From Porticoccaceae bacterium (GTDB lineage Bacteria; Pseudomonadota; Gammaproteobacteria; Pseudomonadales; Porticoccaceae): a stretch of 64,000 nucleotides of DNA. Position 1 is the first letter of the stretch, and each line of letters begins with the position of its first letter. Positions 37,579 through 48,771 of this stretch are shown here, in pieces. The translations under genes were made by a program, and so were the position numbers. Where the stretch lies: contig JAHEHM010000066.1 in NCBI GenBank assembly GCA_024644585.1, positions 16,479 through 80,478 on the forward strand, written 5' to 3'. Under the pieces are notes generated by a model. The model was not told the origin of the DNA. It saw only the letters and a program-made list of their open reading frames with translations, and did no database searches.

Positions 37579-39087
37579 TTATCGATTGCCGCGTCTGTCT
37601 GAGCCAGAACGATTGCCACCAAAACTATTTCCGCCACTGCGTTTACCGCCACCAGAACCATAGGGTGATTTACCTGATCCTGATGCTGGCTTGCCTTTGC
37701 TGGACGATTTGCGTTGCGAATGTGATGGCTTACCTGAGTCGCTACTACCGCCCTCTTTGGCTTTGGCAGTCTGATTGCGTCCACCGCTTTTGCGCTTGGT
37801 TCCCGGCTTGGGACCCTGACCATAGCCTGAGCGATTATCACCACCCGACTTTTTACCATGTCTGCTTTTGTTGCCTGCACCGGTTTCACGATTGAGCGCC
37901 TTTCTTGGCTTTTTGGGCTTTACTGGGGCTCTTAGCGTGGTTTCTGGAACAGCATGCTTGGGCTCATAGCCTTCGACTTCTTCGCGCGGAAGTAACTGCT
38001 GTATCAAACGTTCAATATCGGATAACAGATCCACTTCATCGGCACTGACTAAAGAAATTGCTTTACCGGTTTGTCCAGCACGACCGGTGCGGCCAATACG
38101 ATGCACATAATCCTCTGATACATTGGGTAGATCAAAATTAACCACCTGAGGTAGCTGTTCAATATCTAAACCACGAGCAGCAATATCTGTTGCCACTAAA
38201 ATGCGAATTTCACCGGCTTTAAACCCTGCTAATGCTTTAGTTCGTGCACCCTGGCTTTTGTTGCCATGAATAGCTGCGGCCACAATGCCTTCAGATTCCA
38301 AATGCTTAGTTAGCTTATTGGCACCATGTTTGGTTTTGGTGAATACCAGTGCCTGATCCCACTTACCATCATGAATCAAGCGCGTCAGTAACTGGGCTTT
38401 CTTTTTCTTATCCACGGGATGGATATGCTGAGTAACCGAAGTTGCTGTAGTGTTACGCGGACTCACTGAAATTTCGATAGGCTTGCGCAATAGGCCTCGA
38501 GCAAGATTGCGAATATCATCGGAAAAAGTCGCTGAAAATAGTAAATTTTGGCGGCGACGAGGAAGAAGATCAATAATACGTTTGATATCGCGGATAAAGC
38601 CCATATCGAGCATACGATCCGCTTCATCTAAAACTAACACCTGTAGATGATCAAACCTTACGGCATTTTGACTGTGTAAATCCATTAGTCGACCCGGCGT
38701 TGCCACTAGAATATCAACACCCTTTCTCAGTTTCATCATTTGCGGATTGATCTTAACCCCACCAAATACTACGGCTGAAGTTAATGAAAGATGCTTGGAA
38801 TAAGTAGCGACACTTTCACCTACCTGTGCGGCTAATTCTCGCGTGGGTGTCAGTATTAAGCATCGCGCTTGATTGGCGCCTGCGCGGCGTCCACCACTTA
38901 AGCGCTCTAAAATAGGCAGAGTAAAGCCTGCCGTTTTACCGGTACCGGTTTGAGCGGCCGCCATTAGATCATGACCTTCGAGCACAGCAGGTATTGCTTT
39001 GGCTTGAATAGGTGATGGTTCACTGTAACCTTGAGCGGTTACAGCTTTTAAAATTGGCGCGGATAATCCGAGTTCTTTAAAGGACAT
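37579..39087 (-). CDS. rhlE: ATP-dependent DEAD-box RNA helicase (RhlE-like) with a basic G/S/R/K-rich tail
   Basis: Q-motif, [15 protein letters not shown] and [10 protein letters not shown] motifs, plus a low-complexity C-terminus of about 130 aa. Confidence 0.9.
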   Translation of the reverse strand: MSFKELGLSAPILKAVTAQGYSEPSPIQAKAIPAVLEGHDLMAAAQTGTGKTAGFTLPILERLSGGRRAGANQARCLILTPTRELAAQVGESVATYSKHLSLTSAVVFGGVKINPQMMKLRKGVDILVATPGRLMDLHSQNAVRFDHLQVLVLDEADRMLDMGFIRDIKRIIDLLPRRRQNLLFSATFSDDIRNLARGLLRKPIEISVSPRNTTATSVTQHIHPVDKKKKAQLLTRLIHDGKWDQALVFTKTKHGANKLTKHLESEGIVAAAIHGNKSQGARTKALAGFKAGEIRILVATDIAARGLDIEQLPQVVNFDLPNVSEDYVHRIGRTGRAGQTGKAISLVSADEVDLLSDIERLIQQLLPREEVEGYEPKHAVPETTLRAPVKPKKPRKALNRETGAGNKSRHGKKSGGDNRSGYGQGPKPGTKRKSGGRNQTAKAKEGGSSDSGKPSHSQRKSSSKGKPASGSGKSPYGSGGGKRSGGNSFGGNRSGSDRRGNR

Positions 39088-39278
39088 AAATTTTTTACTT
39101 TAGAGTTATTGTCAAGCTTCGACAGTATGGGCAAGTTGAGTAGCGTTTTGTTGCACTTTCACAGGGCGCGAAGCTTACAGGTTTCGCCATATAATTGCAC
39201 TCTCAAACAGCGGTATAACCAGTAAAATCCCCCTTAAAATGCTTAAATTTGCTTAGAAAACCCGAGAAACTTCATTTA

Positions 39279-39315
39279 AAAACAAAAAAGCAGGTAGTTC
39301 GCTAAAACTACCTGC
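39279..39315 (-). terminator. Rho-independent terminator downstream of sat
   Basis: GCAGGTAGTT-N7-(A)ACTACCTGC stem followed by TTTTTTGTTTTT on the minus strand. Confidence 0.7.
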
Positions 39316-39365
39316 CTTATGATTAATCCCTATGCAACCACTGAGTCGTTGTGGATTGTATATCC

Positions 39366-40553
39366 TTAGTCACTCTGAATTTGATAGTAATCCATAAGAA
39401 TCTGAGCCACTTCGGGTCTTGAAAATTCAGGCGGTGGCGCGATGCCCTCACCCAACATCTGACGCACCTTGGTGCCCGATAGCAAAATAAAATCCTCTTT
39501 ACTGTGATCTTCGGCTTCGTTCATCATCACTACGCGACCGAGTTTTTTCGAGAATGCAGTGTGATCAGCGTTAAATATCTCAATTTCAAGGGCACCCTCA
39601 GGTACCTTATCATCAAAGATCGTCTGTGCATCAAAGGCACCGTAATAGTCGCCTACGCCAGCGTGATCACGGCCAACAATTAGGTGGGTTGCACCCATAT
39701 TTTGGCGGAACACCGCGTGCAATACTGCTTCTCTTGGGCCCGCATAAAGCATATCAAAGCCATAGCCGGTAACCATGACTGAATTTTCTGGGAAATAAAG
39801 TTCAACCATTTTACGAATGCAGTTATCGCGAACATCGGCGGGAATATCTCCTGATTTTAACTTACCAAGCAACATATGAATCACAACCCCATCGGCATCC
39901 AAACGTTCCATCGCCATACGGCATAGCTCTTCATGGGCACGGTGCATGGGGTTACGGGTTTGGAAAGCCACGACTTTGTTCCAGCCGCGCTCAGCAATTT
40001 CATTGCGAATTTCTGTGGCTGTTCTAAAGGTATCGGGGAAGTCGGCTTGGAAGTAGCTCAAACTAAGCACTTCAATATCGCCTGAGACCACATAGCGGCC
40101 TAGGTTGGTAAAGGTAGCTACTCCTGGGTGCTCTGGATCTGTGGTACCAAAAATAGCCTCAGCCATGCTAGCTATCTGGGCATCAGACACAGCTTCAATG
40201 GCATCAACTGTCATAACTGCCATCACTGGATTGCCTTCAGTATTAGGATCGCGTAGCGCTATTTTCTGAGCGCCTTCAATGCCCTGAATATCTTCTACAA
40301 GGTTTAATACAGGAACAGGCCAGAACAGACCTTCTTTCGTGTGTAAGCTTTCAGAAACACTGATGGCATCAGCAAGGTTCATATAGCCGGCTAAGGGATT
40401 AAAATAACCTGCACCTAACATAACCGCATTTGCCGCAGCGGCTGAATTTAAAACCAAGTTGGGTAGTGATTCTGCTTCGCTTAGCAACTGTTGCGCACGC
40501 TCGGCACTTACAAGACGAGGATTAAGGCTGTCTGAGCCATGAGGCTTAATCAA
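39366..40553 (-). CDS. sat: Sulfate adenylyltransferase (homomeric Sat-type ATP sulfurylase)
   Basis: QTRNPMHRAHEEL and GRDHAGVG motifs. The start is reassigned to the TTG at 40553 (AGGAG RBS 7 nt upstream; product begins LIKPHGS), because the longer ORF would overlap tRNA-Ala. Confidence 0.85.
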   Translation of the reverse strand: MIKPHGSDSLNPRLVSAERAQQLLSEAESLPNLVLNSAAAANAVMLGAGYFNPLAGYMNLADAISVSESLHTKEGLFWPVPVLNLVEDIQGIEGAQKIALRDPNTEGNPVMAVMTVDAIEAVSDAQIASMAEAIFGTTDPEHPGVATFTNLGRYVVSGDIEVLSLSYFQADFPDTFRTATEIRNEIAERGWNKVVAFQTRNPMHRAHEELCRMAMERLDADGVVIHMLLGKLKSGDIPADVRDNCIRKMVELYFPENSVMVTGYGFDMLYAGPREAVLHAVFRQNMGATHLIVGRDHAGVGDYYGAFDAQTIFDDKVPEGALEIEIFNADHTAFSKKLGRVVMMNEAEDHSKEDFILLSGTKVRQMLGEGIAPPPEFSRPEVAQILMDYYQIQSD

Positions 40554-40635
40554 TGAACTTCTCCTATGATGCTGTATTAACGACAGTTGAATCTGCTTGC
40601 TGGAAGCTAAGCTCTCATCAACAATGATCCTAAAC

Positions 40636-40662
40636 CAAAAACCCCCGCACTGGGTGCAGGGG
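40636..40662 (-). terminator. Rho-independent terminator after tRNA-Ala
   Basis: The minus strand reads CCCCTGCAC-CCA-GTGCGGGGG followed by TTTTT. Confidence 0.75.
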
Positions 40663-40670
40663 ATAAAAAA

Positions 40671-40746
40671 TGGTGGAGCTAAGCGGGATCGAACCGCTGA
40701 CCTCAACACTGCCAGTGTTGCGCTCTCCCAGCTGAGCTATAGCCCC
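40671..40746 (-). tRNA. tRNA-Ala (anticodon GGC)
   Basis: The reverse complement is GGGGCTATAGCTCAGCTGGGAGAGCGCAACACTGGCAGTGTTGAGGTCAGCGGTTCGATCCCGCTTAGCTCCACCA. G3:U70 identity pair and anticodon loop CTGGCAG. Confidence 0.9.
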
Positions 40747-40822
40747 AAAATTGGATGGCGAATAATAGGGATCAGGTGCGATCAAGTCAAGCTTAATCAG
40801 TAATCGAATCCCTAAGACTTAA

Positions 40823-42304
40823 TTAATTTAACTGCTGATAAGCCTTTTCCATTTTCTTGAGTTTCTTCTTGCCAATACCGCCCAGTAAATCAATGGCAAA
40901 GCGCAGCCTAGCTCTGGACATATCTGCGCCTAAAAGCGCCATAGAATCCATAACGGATATAGAAGAGCTACTGCCCGCGATAGCGATAAACAACGGCGCT
41001 AAGAAAGGTTTAAGCTTAATATCCATCGCATCTGCAGTACCCTTAAGTGCCTCGAATATATTATCTCTCTGCCATTGCTGTATAGCTTCAAGTCGCCACA
41101 GGGCAAACTGCAAGACTTCGAGTAGCTGGTCATCTTCCATTCCTGCAGACTGAAGATCCTCAGCGGTTATAGGTAACATACCAGACACCAAATAACTGCC
41201 CAACGGCGCTATATCTGAAAAGGTTTCCATACGCTGTTTGGCGAAAGGTAAAAACTGTAACAATGTATCGCGATTAAGCGCCCATTGATGCAGTCGATCC
41301 GCTAGCTGTTCATCGGTTAATTCTTCGCGAATCCATAGACCATTTAGCCAACTCAATTTTTCAACATCGAAAACCGGTCCGCCCAGCGAAACTCTCTGAA
41401 TATCAAACTCTGCCATCATTTCATCAAGGGTGAATTTTTCACGCTCATCGGGCATGGACCAACCCATTCGACCTAGATAATTTAGCAATGCTTCGGCCAA
41501 ATAACCCATGCGTTGGTAGTAAAGAATACTGGTGGGATTCTTGCGTTTGGAAAGTTTACTTTTATCCACATTGCGCAGTAGGGGCAAATGACAGAATACC
41601 GGTAACTCCCAACCAAAATATTGATAAAGCAAAATATGCTTGGGTGCTGAGTTAATCCACTCTTCACCGCGAATCACATGGCTAATCTCCATGAGATGGT
41701 CGTCCACCACATTGGCTAGGTGATAGGTAGGCATGCCATCGGCTTTTAGCAGTATTTGCATATCAACCTGCGCCCAATCAATACTGATCTCACCGCGCAA
41801 CATATCATTAAAGGTGCACTGCCCTTCTCGAGGAACCTTCATTCTCACTACATAGGGCTCATTATTGGCAAGACGCTCGGCAATCTCATCTTCAGACAGG
41901 TTCTCACAGTGGCCGTCATAGCCTAGGGGCTTTTTTTCCTGCATCTGGGTTGCTCGGAGTTCATCTAGCCTTTTTGGTGTACAGAAACAACGAAAAGCAT
42001 AGCCCTTTTCAATAAGCTCATTAGCATATTTGGCATAGATGTCTGAGCGTTCACTTTGACGATAGGGACCCTTATCACCACCGACATCGGGGCCCTCATC
42101 CCAGTTGAGGCCCAACCATGAAAGCGCATCTAAAATAGCCTGCTCAGACTCTGGCGTCGATCTGGTCTGATCGGTGTCCTCAATACGCAGTAAAAATTGA
42201 CCACCCTGACTGCGGGCAAACACCATATTAAACAGCGCCACATAGGCTGTACCCACATGAGGATCACCGGTTGGCGATGGGGCAATTCTGGTTCTAATCG
42301 TCAT
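40823..42304 (-). CDS. gltX: Glutamate--tRNA ligase
   Basis: HIGH-type motif [11 protein letters not shown] and KMSKS-type KLSKRK. Confidence 0.95.
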   Translation of the reverse strand: MTIRTRIAPSPTGDPHVGTAYVALFNMVFARSQGGQFLLRIEDTDQTRSTPESEQAILDALSWLGLNWDEGPDVGGDKGPYRQSERSDIYAKYANELIEKGYAFRCFCTPKRLDELRATQMQEKKPLGYDGHCENLSEDEIAERLANNEPYVVRMKVPREGQCTFNDMLRGEISIDWAQVDMQILLKADGMPTYHLANVVDDHLMEISHVIRGEEWINSAPKHILLYQYFGWELPVFCHLPLLRNVDKSKLSKRKNPTSILYYQRMGYLAEALLNYLGRMGWSMPDEREKFTLDEMMAEFDIQRVSLGGPVFDVEKLSWLNGLWIREELTDEQLADRLHQWALNRDTLLQFLPFAKQRMETFSDIAPLGSYLVSGMLPITAEDLQSAGMEDDQLLEVLQFALWRLEAIQQWQRDNIFEALKGTADAMDIKLKPFLAPLFIAIAGSSSSISVMDSMALLGADMSRARLRFAIDLLGGIGKKKLKKMEKAYQQLN

Positions 42305-42542
42305 TTTTTATCCAAGGGTTATTTTGAGTAATTCAAGCAGATTAAACCTGCTTAAAAAGCGCAATTATACGTTTTATGTGGTTGTTCTGTTACTACAAAT
42401 TTAAATTTTAAATCCACAACCATGATTAACAGGGGTAATAACTAAAATGGTATAGAGGTTATCAATAAAAACCATAACCAAAAATGACCATTTTTAGTGC
42501 AATTTCTCGTAATATGCGCACAATTCATAATATCGGCTTCAA

Positions 42543-42561
42543 CTATGCATTATATGCATAG
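42543..42561. promoter_or_regulatory. Perfect palindrome CTATGCAT-TAT-ATGCATAG upstream of the universal stress protein gene
   Basis: 8-bp arms with a 3-nt spacer, 43 nt upstream of the ATG at 42604. Confidence 0.3.
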
Positions 42562-42603
42562 CTAGCACAGTGGTTTAACGCATTTTATAAGCGAGGCTAA
42601 AAA

Positions 42604-43425
42604 ATGTCATCTCAAGAAAAAGTATTTGTTGTTGTCAACCCAACCCTAGATAAGCAGGTTGCCCTTGATCGCGCTCTAATCACATCGCAACTCATGTCTC
42701 CTCGTCCAGAAATCTGTGTCTTTGTTGCGGTAGACAGCAATACCGTTAACCTAGATGCAAGAAACCCTAGCATTTATCGCGATACCGATTGGTTTGAACA
42801 GCAAATCCACAAGCCCTTAAGAGATGCAGGCCTGAAATATAGAATTGAAGTCTCATGGTCCAATGATTGGCAGGGCTCAATTATGGCTTCAGCCAAGCAT
42901 TTTGGAGCCACTAGAATTATGATCCGCGCAGGTAAACCTGTTAAAAGCAGCCGTTTCATTTTTGCAGAATCTAAGTGGGAACTGCTTAAAGAAGCCAACT
43001 GCCCAGTTGTTTTGGTGCGCGACGAAGCCAAGCCGCGTCGAAAAGTCGTATTGGCGGCAGTTAACTTCCAGGCCTCGAGAATTAATCAGGAAATTTTAAA
43101 TAAAAATATTTTGGAGCGAGGCATGAAACTAGCCGAGAGCTATGATGCTGACTTTCATGTGGTCAATGCCTACATCGATTCTCTTCTTTATCCAGACCGC
43201 GGGCGACTTGCCAAGCACACAGGTCTAGAACAGAGTAAAACCCATGTCGTAAAAGGCTATACCGATGAGGTGATTTCTAAGGTATCCAAACAAATTGATG
43301 CCGATGTGGTCATTATAGGAACTCTGGGTCAAACCGGCTTAACTAAAACCCGACGCGGCAATACTGCTGAACGCGTGATATCAGCATTAAATGTTGATGT
43401 GGTAGTGGTTAACTCAGAATACTAA
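42604..43425 (+). CDS. uspE: Tandem-domain universal stress protein (UspE-like)
   Basis: Two USP domains; the second ends with VIIGTLGQTGL...GNTAERV. Confidence 0.65.
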   Translation: MSSQEKVFVVVNPTLDKQVALDRALITSQLMSPRPEICVFVAVDSNTVNLDARNPSIYRDTDWFEQQIHKPLRDAGLKYRIEVSWSNDWQGSIMASAKHFGATRIMIRAGKPVKSSRFIFAESKWELLKEANCPVVLVRDEAKPRRKVVLAAVNFQASRINQEILNKNILERGMKLAESYDADFHVVNAYIDSLLYPDRGRLAKHTGLEQSKTHVVKGYTDEVISKVSKQIDADVVIIGTLGQTGLTKTRRGNTAERVISALNVDVVVVNSEY

Positions 43426-43475
43426 AATGATGAACAAGGCGCGGGCTGTTAATTAAGCACAGCCTGCGCTCACAC

Positions 43476-44345
43476 TTATTGCTCAAACACCACGGTCTTA
43501 TGACCATGAACAATGACTCTATTCTCAAGATGATTGCGCAGTGCTCTAGCCAAAACCAAAGTTTCAACATCTCGTCCTAATCGAACCAAGTCATCTTCAC
43601 TATGACTGTGGCCTACTCGCACTACATCCTGATCAATAATGGGTCCTTCATCTAGGTCTTCAGTTACATAGTGGCTGGTTGCACCCACTAGCTTTACACC
43701 GCGTTCATAGGCTTTTGCATAGGGATTGGCACCAATAAATGACGGCAAGAAACTATGGTGAATATTAATCATACGACCTTTGTATTTGGCACACATTTGC
43801 CGTGGGATAATTTGCATATAACGGGCTAAAACCACGGTATCCGCATTATAGGAATCAATAATAGATTCCATTTCGGCAAAAGCTGGCGCCTTATCATTGC
43901 GATCTACCGGCACATATTTAAAGGGAATATTGTGCCACTCGACCATTGACCGTAAATTTTCGTGATTTGAAATCACGCAGCTAATCTCGCAATCAAGCTC
44001 ACCACTGTGCCAGCGATGAAGCAAGTCGGCCAAACAGTGCGAAGCATGACTGGCCAAAAGGACTACTTTTTGCGGCTGTTTAGAATCATAAATCGCCCAA
44101 CGCATATCGTAGCTTGCCGCTAACTCTGAAAACTTTTCTCGAAAGTCGTCCAAACTAATGGATAATGAACTGGCTTTTAATTCATTGCGCATAAAAAACC
44201 AATCACTGTCGGGATCGGCATGGTAATTTGATTCCAACAACCAACCATTATGATCAGCAATAAACTGGCTCACTGCCGCCACAATGCCCACCTTATCGGG
44301 GCAATGAATAATTAGTCTGTAGGTGTGGTTATCAAGTTTACTCAT
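43476..44345 (-). CDS. purU: Formyltetrahydrofolate deformylase
   Basis: N-terminal ACT domain (LIIHCPDKVGIVAAVS) plus a formyltransferase core (NIHHSFLPSF, ATSHYVT.DLDEGPII). Confidence 0.9.
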   Translation of the reverse strand: MSKLDNHTYRLIIHCPDKVGIVAAVSQFIADHNGWLLESNYHADPDSDWFFMRNELKASSLSISLDDFREKFSELAASYDMRWAIYDSKQPQKVVLLASHASHCLADLLHRWHSGELDCEISCVISNHENLRSMVEWHNIPFKYVPVDRNDKAPAFAEMESIIDSYNADTVVLARYMQIIPRQMCAKYKGRMINIHHSFLPSFIGANPYAKAYERGVKLVGATSHYVTEDLDEGPIIDQDVVRVGHSHSEDDLVRLGRDVETLVLARALRNHLENRVIVHGHKTVVFEQ

Positions 44346-44577
44346 AGTATTTATGCTCTAAGCAATGACCAAGTCCATGATTAATTGGTGTATCTTTAAT
44401 AATCGAACCATTATCCAACAACTGAACCACTACTGCAAAGCAATGAAAGCCATAGCGTTAAGGAATTAATCTCAATAAAAGGTAAAAATGACTAGGGAGC
44501 AGTGCAAAAAAAAGCGTAAAGACTTTTGTAGGGACTTAAAAATATATGATTTATTAGGAAGAAGCTTTTGAGGAAAA

Positions 44578-44653
44578 TGGTGGGCCGTCCGCGACTCGAA
44601 CGCGGGACCAATTGGTTAAAAGCCAACTGCTCTACCAACTGAGCTAACGGCCC
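44578..44653 (-). tRNA. tRNA-Lys (anticodon TTT)
   Basis: The reverse complement is GGGCCGTTAGCTCAGTTGGTAGAGCAGTTGGCTTTTAACCAATTGGTCCCGCGTTCGAGTCGCGGACGGCCCACCA. Confidence 0.9.
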
Positions 44654-44692
44654 TCAAAAGAGGTGCGTATAATACTCACCAGCAGGATAAAT

Positions 44693-45373
44693 TCAAGCAC
44701 TATTTTTATATCTTGTAGGATCTTTTAGCCCTGCGTCGATAAATCCCTGTTTTCTAAGTCTACAGCTATCACAAACACCACAGGCAGCACCCTGTTCATC
44801 AGCCTGATAGCAGGAAACAGTGACACTGTAATCAACTCCAATTTTTATTCCTGCTTGGATAATCTGACCCTTGGTCATATCAATCAATGGGGCATGCACA
44901 GTGAGTTTATTACCTTCGACGCCAGCTTTGGTGGCCAAGTTTGCCATCTGCTCAAAGGCATTAATATAATCTGGGCGACAATCTGGATAACCCGAGTAAT
45001 CCACCGCATTAACACCCACAAAAATATCATTGGCACCCAGCACCTCTGCCCAGCCCAATGCAATAGAGAGAAATACCGTATTTCTTGCGGGCACATAGGT
45101 TACCGGAATGCCGGATGTCTCGTACTCTGGCACATCGATATTAGTATCGGTCAAAGCCGAACCGCCAATTGTTCCTAGATCTAAACTGACAACCTTGTGC
45201 GCCTCAACCTGCATTGCCTCTGACACTTTGGCTGCAGCAAACAGTTCTGATCTATGCCGCTGCCCATAGTCGAAGCTAAGGGTATAGCAATCAAAACCCT
45301 GCTGTTTAGCCATGGCTAGCACGGTAGAGGAATCAAGACCGCCTGAAACTAAAATAACTGCTTTTTTTGTCAT
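44693..45373 (-). CDS. queC: 7-cyano-7-deazaguanine synthase
   Basis: [17 protein letters not shown]-loop and a C-terminal Cys cluster (CGVCDSC). Confidence 0.9.
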   Translation of the reverse strand: MTKKAVILVSGGLDSSTVLAMAKQQGFDCYTLSFDYGQRHRSELFAAAKVSEAMQVEAHKVVSLDLGTIGGSALTDTNIDVPEYETSGIPVTYVPARNTVFLSIALGWAEVLGANDIFVGVNAVDYSGYPDCRPDYINAFEQMANLATKAGVEGNKLTVHAPLIDMTKGQIIQAGIKIGVDYSVTVSCYQADEQGAACGVCDSCRLRKQGFIDAGLKDPTRYKNSA

Positions 45374-45375
45374 CT

Positions 45376-46026
45376 CTAACGCCCCGGCTCATCGCCCCAA
45401 ATAATTTTATGGGTCTGTAGCTGCATTCGAACATTGAGCCTGTCCTCCAGTATCCACCCAGCCAACTCTTTGGGTGATAACTGCCCCTGACTTGGAGAGA
45501 AAAGGATATCTGTTCCTGTTTCACGGAGCTTTAGGTGGTCAATTTGCAAGCAACACCAGTCATAGTCTTGGCGATCACAGATAACAAATTTGACCTCATC
45601 CTGAGAGTTAAGGTAATTAACATTTTCATAATGATTACGGCTCATTTCGCCGGATGCTGGGGTTTTAAAATCAACAATTTTTACCACCCGAGAATCCACT
45701 TCTGCAGTAGACAGCGCACCACTGGTTTCTAATGACACCCGATAACCTTGATCACATAACTGCTTTAGCAATGGAATACATTGAGGCTGGGCTAATGGCT
45801 CGCCGCCCGTCACAGTGACAAACTTGGCTTGATGCTGGCTTACCGATGCAAAAATATCATCGAAAGACATTTTATGACCGCCCTCAAAAGCATAGGCCGT
45901 ATCACAGTAAACACAGCGCAACGGACAACCAGTTAGACGAACAAATACCGTGGGGAAACCCGTAGTGGATGTTTCACCTTGCAGAGAATGAAATATTTCG
46001 GTGATACGCAGAGAATCGTTATTCAT
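45376..46026 (-). CDS. queE: 7-carboxy-7-deazaguanine synthase (radical SAM)
   Basis: FHSLQGE...[16 protein letters not shown] motif. Confidence 0.9.
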   Translation of the reverse strand: MNNDSLRITEIFHSLQGETSTTGFPTVFVRLTGCPLRCVYCDTAYAFEGGHKMSFDDIFASVSQHQAKFVTVTGGEPLAQPQCIPLLKQLCDQGYRVSLETSGALSTAEVDSRVVKIVDFKTPASGEMSRNHYENVNYLNSQDEVKFVICDRQDYDWCCLQIDHLKLRETGTDILFSPSQGQLSPKELAGWILEDRLNVRMQLQTHKIIWGDEPGR

Positions 46027-46056
46027 GGGAGTACACTTAAATAGCTATAGAGGTCT

Positions 46057-46848
46057 TTAAAGACCCTTAGCCTTTATATATGCCTTGGCTTTAGCGCCAG
46101 CACCACCATCAGTGCTTGCAGCCTGTTGAAGGAATACAAGGGCTTTATCCTTGTCACCCTGCTTAAAATATAGCTTACCTAACTTATAACGCGCATCCAT
46201 AGCCTTGTTGTGGCTAGCATAGTTATCAACCACGGCATGAAAAGAATTCAGCGCTAAATCTTGATTGCCCTGAAACTCATAGACCTCACCCAACCAATAA
46301 TGCGCGTTGGCCGAATAAGGGCTTTCAGGAAACTGCAGAATATGACGCTTAAAGGCTTCAATAGCACCCTCAAAATCTCTTTCTTTTAACAGCAGACTGG
46401 CCGCTAAATAATCCGCCTCCATATTTTCTGCGGTTGCCAGAATAACGGGTGCTTCCTCAACAGGTAATTGAGTATTCGGAGTAACTTGCAATAATTGCTG
46501 ACTGTCGACAGGCTGTGCACTTTGCTGAGCCGTCAAACCAGAATTTGGCGTTGATTGACTCAGAGTAATCAAGCGACGATCTAGATCTAAGTAATCATCC
46601 ATTTGCAGCTGCTTGATTTGCTGAAGCTGATAGCTGAGCTCCTCAACTGTGCCACGCAGTGTTCTGACTTCGTCTTTTAAAACCTGTATCTGATAGAACT
46701 GCTCCGCGCGCTGAAGACTTTCCGCACTGGGTTTGGGTCGATCATTAGAGTTCGACGAGCTGTTAAGGTCAACTACCGGAGAAAGCGGCTGGGCCATCAA
46801 GCTAGACGACAATAGTGCAGCGGTCAAAGTCACTAAAATTTGCTTCAT
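46057..46848 (-). CDS. cpoB: Tol-Pal system protein CpoB/YbgF
   Basis: Signal peptide, coiled coil and C-terminal TPR repeats, immediately downstream of pal. Confidence 0.85.
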   Translation of the reverse strand: MKQILVTLTAALLSSSLMAQPLSPVVDLNSSSNSNDRPKPSAESLQRAEQFYQIQVLKDEVRTLRGTVEELSYQLQQIKQLQMDDYLDLDRRLITLSQSTPNSGLTAQQSAQPVDSQQLLQVTPNTQLPVEEAPVILATAENMEADYLAASLLLKERDFEGAIEAFKRHILQFPESPYSANAHYWLGEVYEFQGNQDLALNSFHAVVDNYASHNKAMDARYKLGKLYFKQGDKDKALVFLQQAASTDGGAGAKAKAYIKAKGL

Positions 46849-46921
46849 AGGTTTTTTACACTCAGGCTAAAAGTAGGTAGCGGATAATTTCCGCCACCTA
46901 TTGTATAGCATTTTGCAGTAA

Positions 46922-47407
46922 CTACTTAAGCTCAACGCGACGATTGAGGCGCCATGCTTCGTCATCACTTCCAAAGGCTGCTGCACGTTCTTCACCAAAG
47001 CTAATCACTTCGATTCTGTCACCGGCAACACCCTGTAGAACTAAAAACTCTTTAGCTGCTGCTGCACGTCGCTCACCCAAAGCAATATTGTACTCACGAG
47101 TACCACGCTCATCAGCATGACCTTCTAGTCTTACTGCGCGTGAATTTCCCTTGAGAATTGCTGCATGCTCAAGCAGTGCCCCACGAGATTCAGCGTTCAA
47201 AACCGCCTTATCAAAGTCGAAATAAAAGACAGTTGCCAAATCACTAATCACTGGAACAATTTCAACATCCGCTGACCCAACCTGTGCAGTTTTAACTGCC
47301 GCGTTGTCAATCTCAGTGGTATCGTTATCGTAAACAGGTGCTGAACTACAGCCCGTTAAAATGGCAAGTGAAAGTAAAGATGCATATAGGTTTATGCGGG
47401 TTTTCAT
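46922..47407 (-). CDS. pal: Peptidoglycan-associated lipoprotein
   Basis: Lipobox LTGC and an OmpA-like domain (GHADERGTREYNIALGERRA). Confidence 0.95.
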   Translation of the reverse strand: MKTRINLYASLLSLAILTGCSSAPVYDNDTTEIDNAAVKTAQVGSADVEIVPVISDLATVFYFDFDKAVLNAESRGALLEHAAILKGNSRAVRLEGHADERGTREYNIALGERRAAAAKEFLVLQGVAGDRIEVISFGEERAAAFGSDDEAWRLNRRVELK

Positions 47408-47454
47408 GATTGTTAACTCCTTTGAGTAACGCTATAGGTTAAAAAATTATTGTT

Positions 47455-48747
47455 TTATCGCAAATAAGGGGACCAAGCAGGCTCTCTTACATCACCTCGT
47501 TTAGCTGGGAGGTTGTATTTTACACCAGCATCAATAGAAACCGCAGCAAGTATACCCTTATTATCATACTTTGTTGCGTACATTAGCATGGCCCCGTTTG
47601 GTGCAAGAGAGGGGGATTCATCTAATGTAGTTTCAGTTAATTCAAGTAATCGACCGGTTTTAAGATCCAGTGCGGCAATATGGAACACATCAGACGAACG
47701 ATGAACCATAGCCACTGTACGGCCGTCTGGGGCAATATTAGGTCGTGCATTATAATTGCCCTTGAATGTCACACGTTTGACCGATTTGTCAGATAATTTC
47801 AGCTTGTATATCTGTGGCGAACCACCCCGATCAGAGGTAAATAGAATATGCTTCCCATCCGGCATCCAGGTGGGTTCAGTGTCAATCGCAAAATGACGAG
47901 TTAGGCGAACTAATTTATTAGTATTCAGATCGAGGGTATAAATCTCTGGGTTACCGTCTTTGGACAGCACAATGGCCAGTTTAGTTCCATCGGGCGACCA
48001 GGAGGGCGCTCCATTAAGTCCTTTAAAACTGGTTAGCTGTTGACGCTCTGCGGTCAATAAATTCTGCCTAAAGATAGCGGGTCGTCCTGTTTCAAAGGAC
48101 ACATAGGCCAACTCGTTTCCGCTTGGCGCCCAGGTGGGCGACATAATAGGCTGTTTTGATTCAAGCATGAGGCTTTCTCTGGCACCATCGGCATCAGCAA
48201 CCTGAAGTCTGTAGGTGAAATCATCGCCTTCACGTATCACCGAAACATAGGCTAAACGTGTAGCAAAGGCCCCTCTTATACCGGTGATTGCTTGATAGAT
48301 TTTATCACTCACCGCATGAGCGAGATCACGCATCTCCGATGCAGGTGAGCGCACCTTATGGGTAAATTGTATCCGTTGAGAGTTAACACTCAGCAAACTA
48401 AATTCAAGTTCGTAGCGCCGATCGGGCATAACCGAAAGCGAACCTACCACAAGATATTCTGCTCCCAGTAATCGCCAATCTCTGAAGTAGACATCTGCGG
48501 GCTGAGAGGGAAATGCCAACATATCTCGCTGGGGCGTCAACCTAAACAGCCCACTGCGACGCAAGTCAGCCGCCACAATGTCAGAGATATTTTCATTGAT
48601 TTTAATCCCATTGAGATTAAACGGCGATAAGGCAATCACAGTTGGCTGATCATTGCCCTCTGTTACCTTTATAACCAGTTCCGCAGCGGCACTGCTAGCA
48701 AAAAATATTGCTAACATTAGAATAAAACACTGCCTAAAATATCTCAC
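47455..48747 (-). CDS. tolB: Tol-Pal system beta-propeller protein TolB
   Basis: 430 aa with a signal peptide and repeated P.WSPDG propeller blades. Confidence 0.95.
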   Translation of the reverse strand: MRYFRQCFILMLAIFFASSAAAELVIKVTEGNDQPTVIALSPFNLNGIKINENISDIVAADLRRSGLFRLTPQRDMLAFPSQPADVYFRDWRLLGAEYLVVGSLSVMPDRRYELEFSLLSVNSQRIQFTHKVRSPASEMRDLAHAVSDKIYQAITGIRGAFATRLAYVSVIREGDDFTYRLQVADADGARESLMLESKQPIMSPTWAPSGNELAYVSFETGRPAIFRQNLLTAERQQLTSFKGLNGAPSWSPDGTKLAIVLSKDGNPEIYTLDLNTNKLVRLTRHFAIDTEPTWMPDGKHILFTSDRGGSPQIYKLKLSDKSVKRVTFKGNYNARPNIAPDGRTVAMVHRSSDVFHIAALDLKTGRLLELTETTLDESPSLAPNGAMLMYATKYDNKGILAAVSIDAGVKYNLPAKRGDVREPAWSPYLR

Positions 48748-48771
48748 TTCACTAGTCTCCGCTGTGGCTGT

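Noticed and set aside
37551-37895. ORFs of 112 aa (minus strand) and 111 aa (plus strand) overlapping the 3' end of rhlE
   Set aside because: They are alternative-frame and antisense readings of the G/S/R/K-rich tail-coding DNA, and I recognise no independent signals.
40554-40709. N-terminal 52-aa extension of the sat ORF
   Set aside because: The extension runs through the tRNA-Ala terminator and into tRNA-Ala. An in-frame TTG with an AGGAG RBS at 40553 gives the canonical N-terminus (LIKPHGS...).
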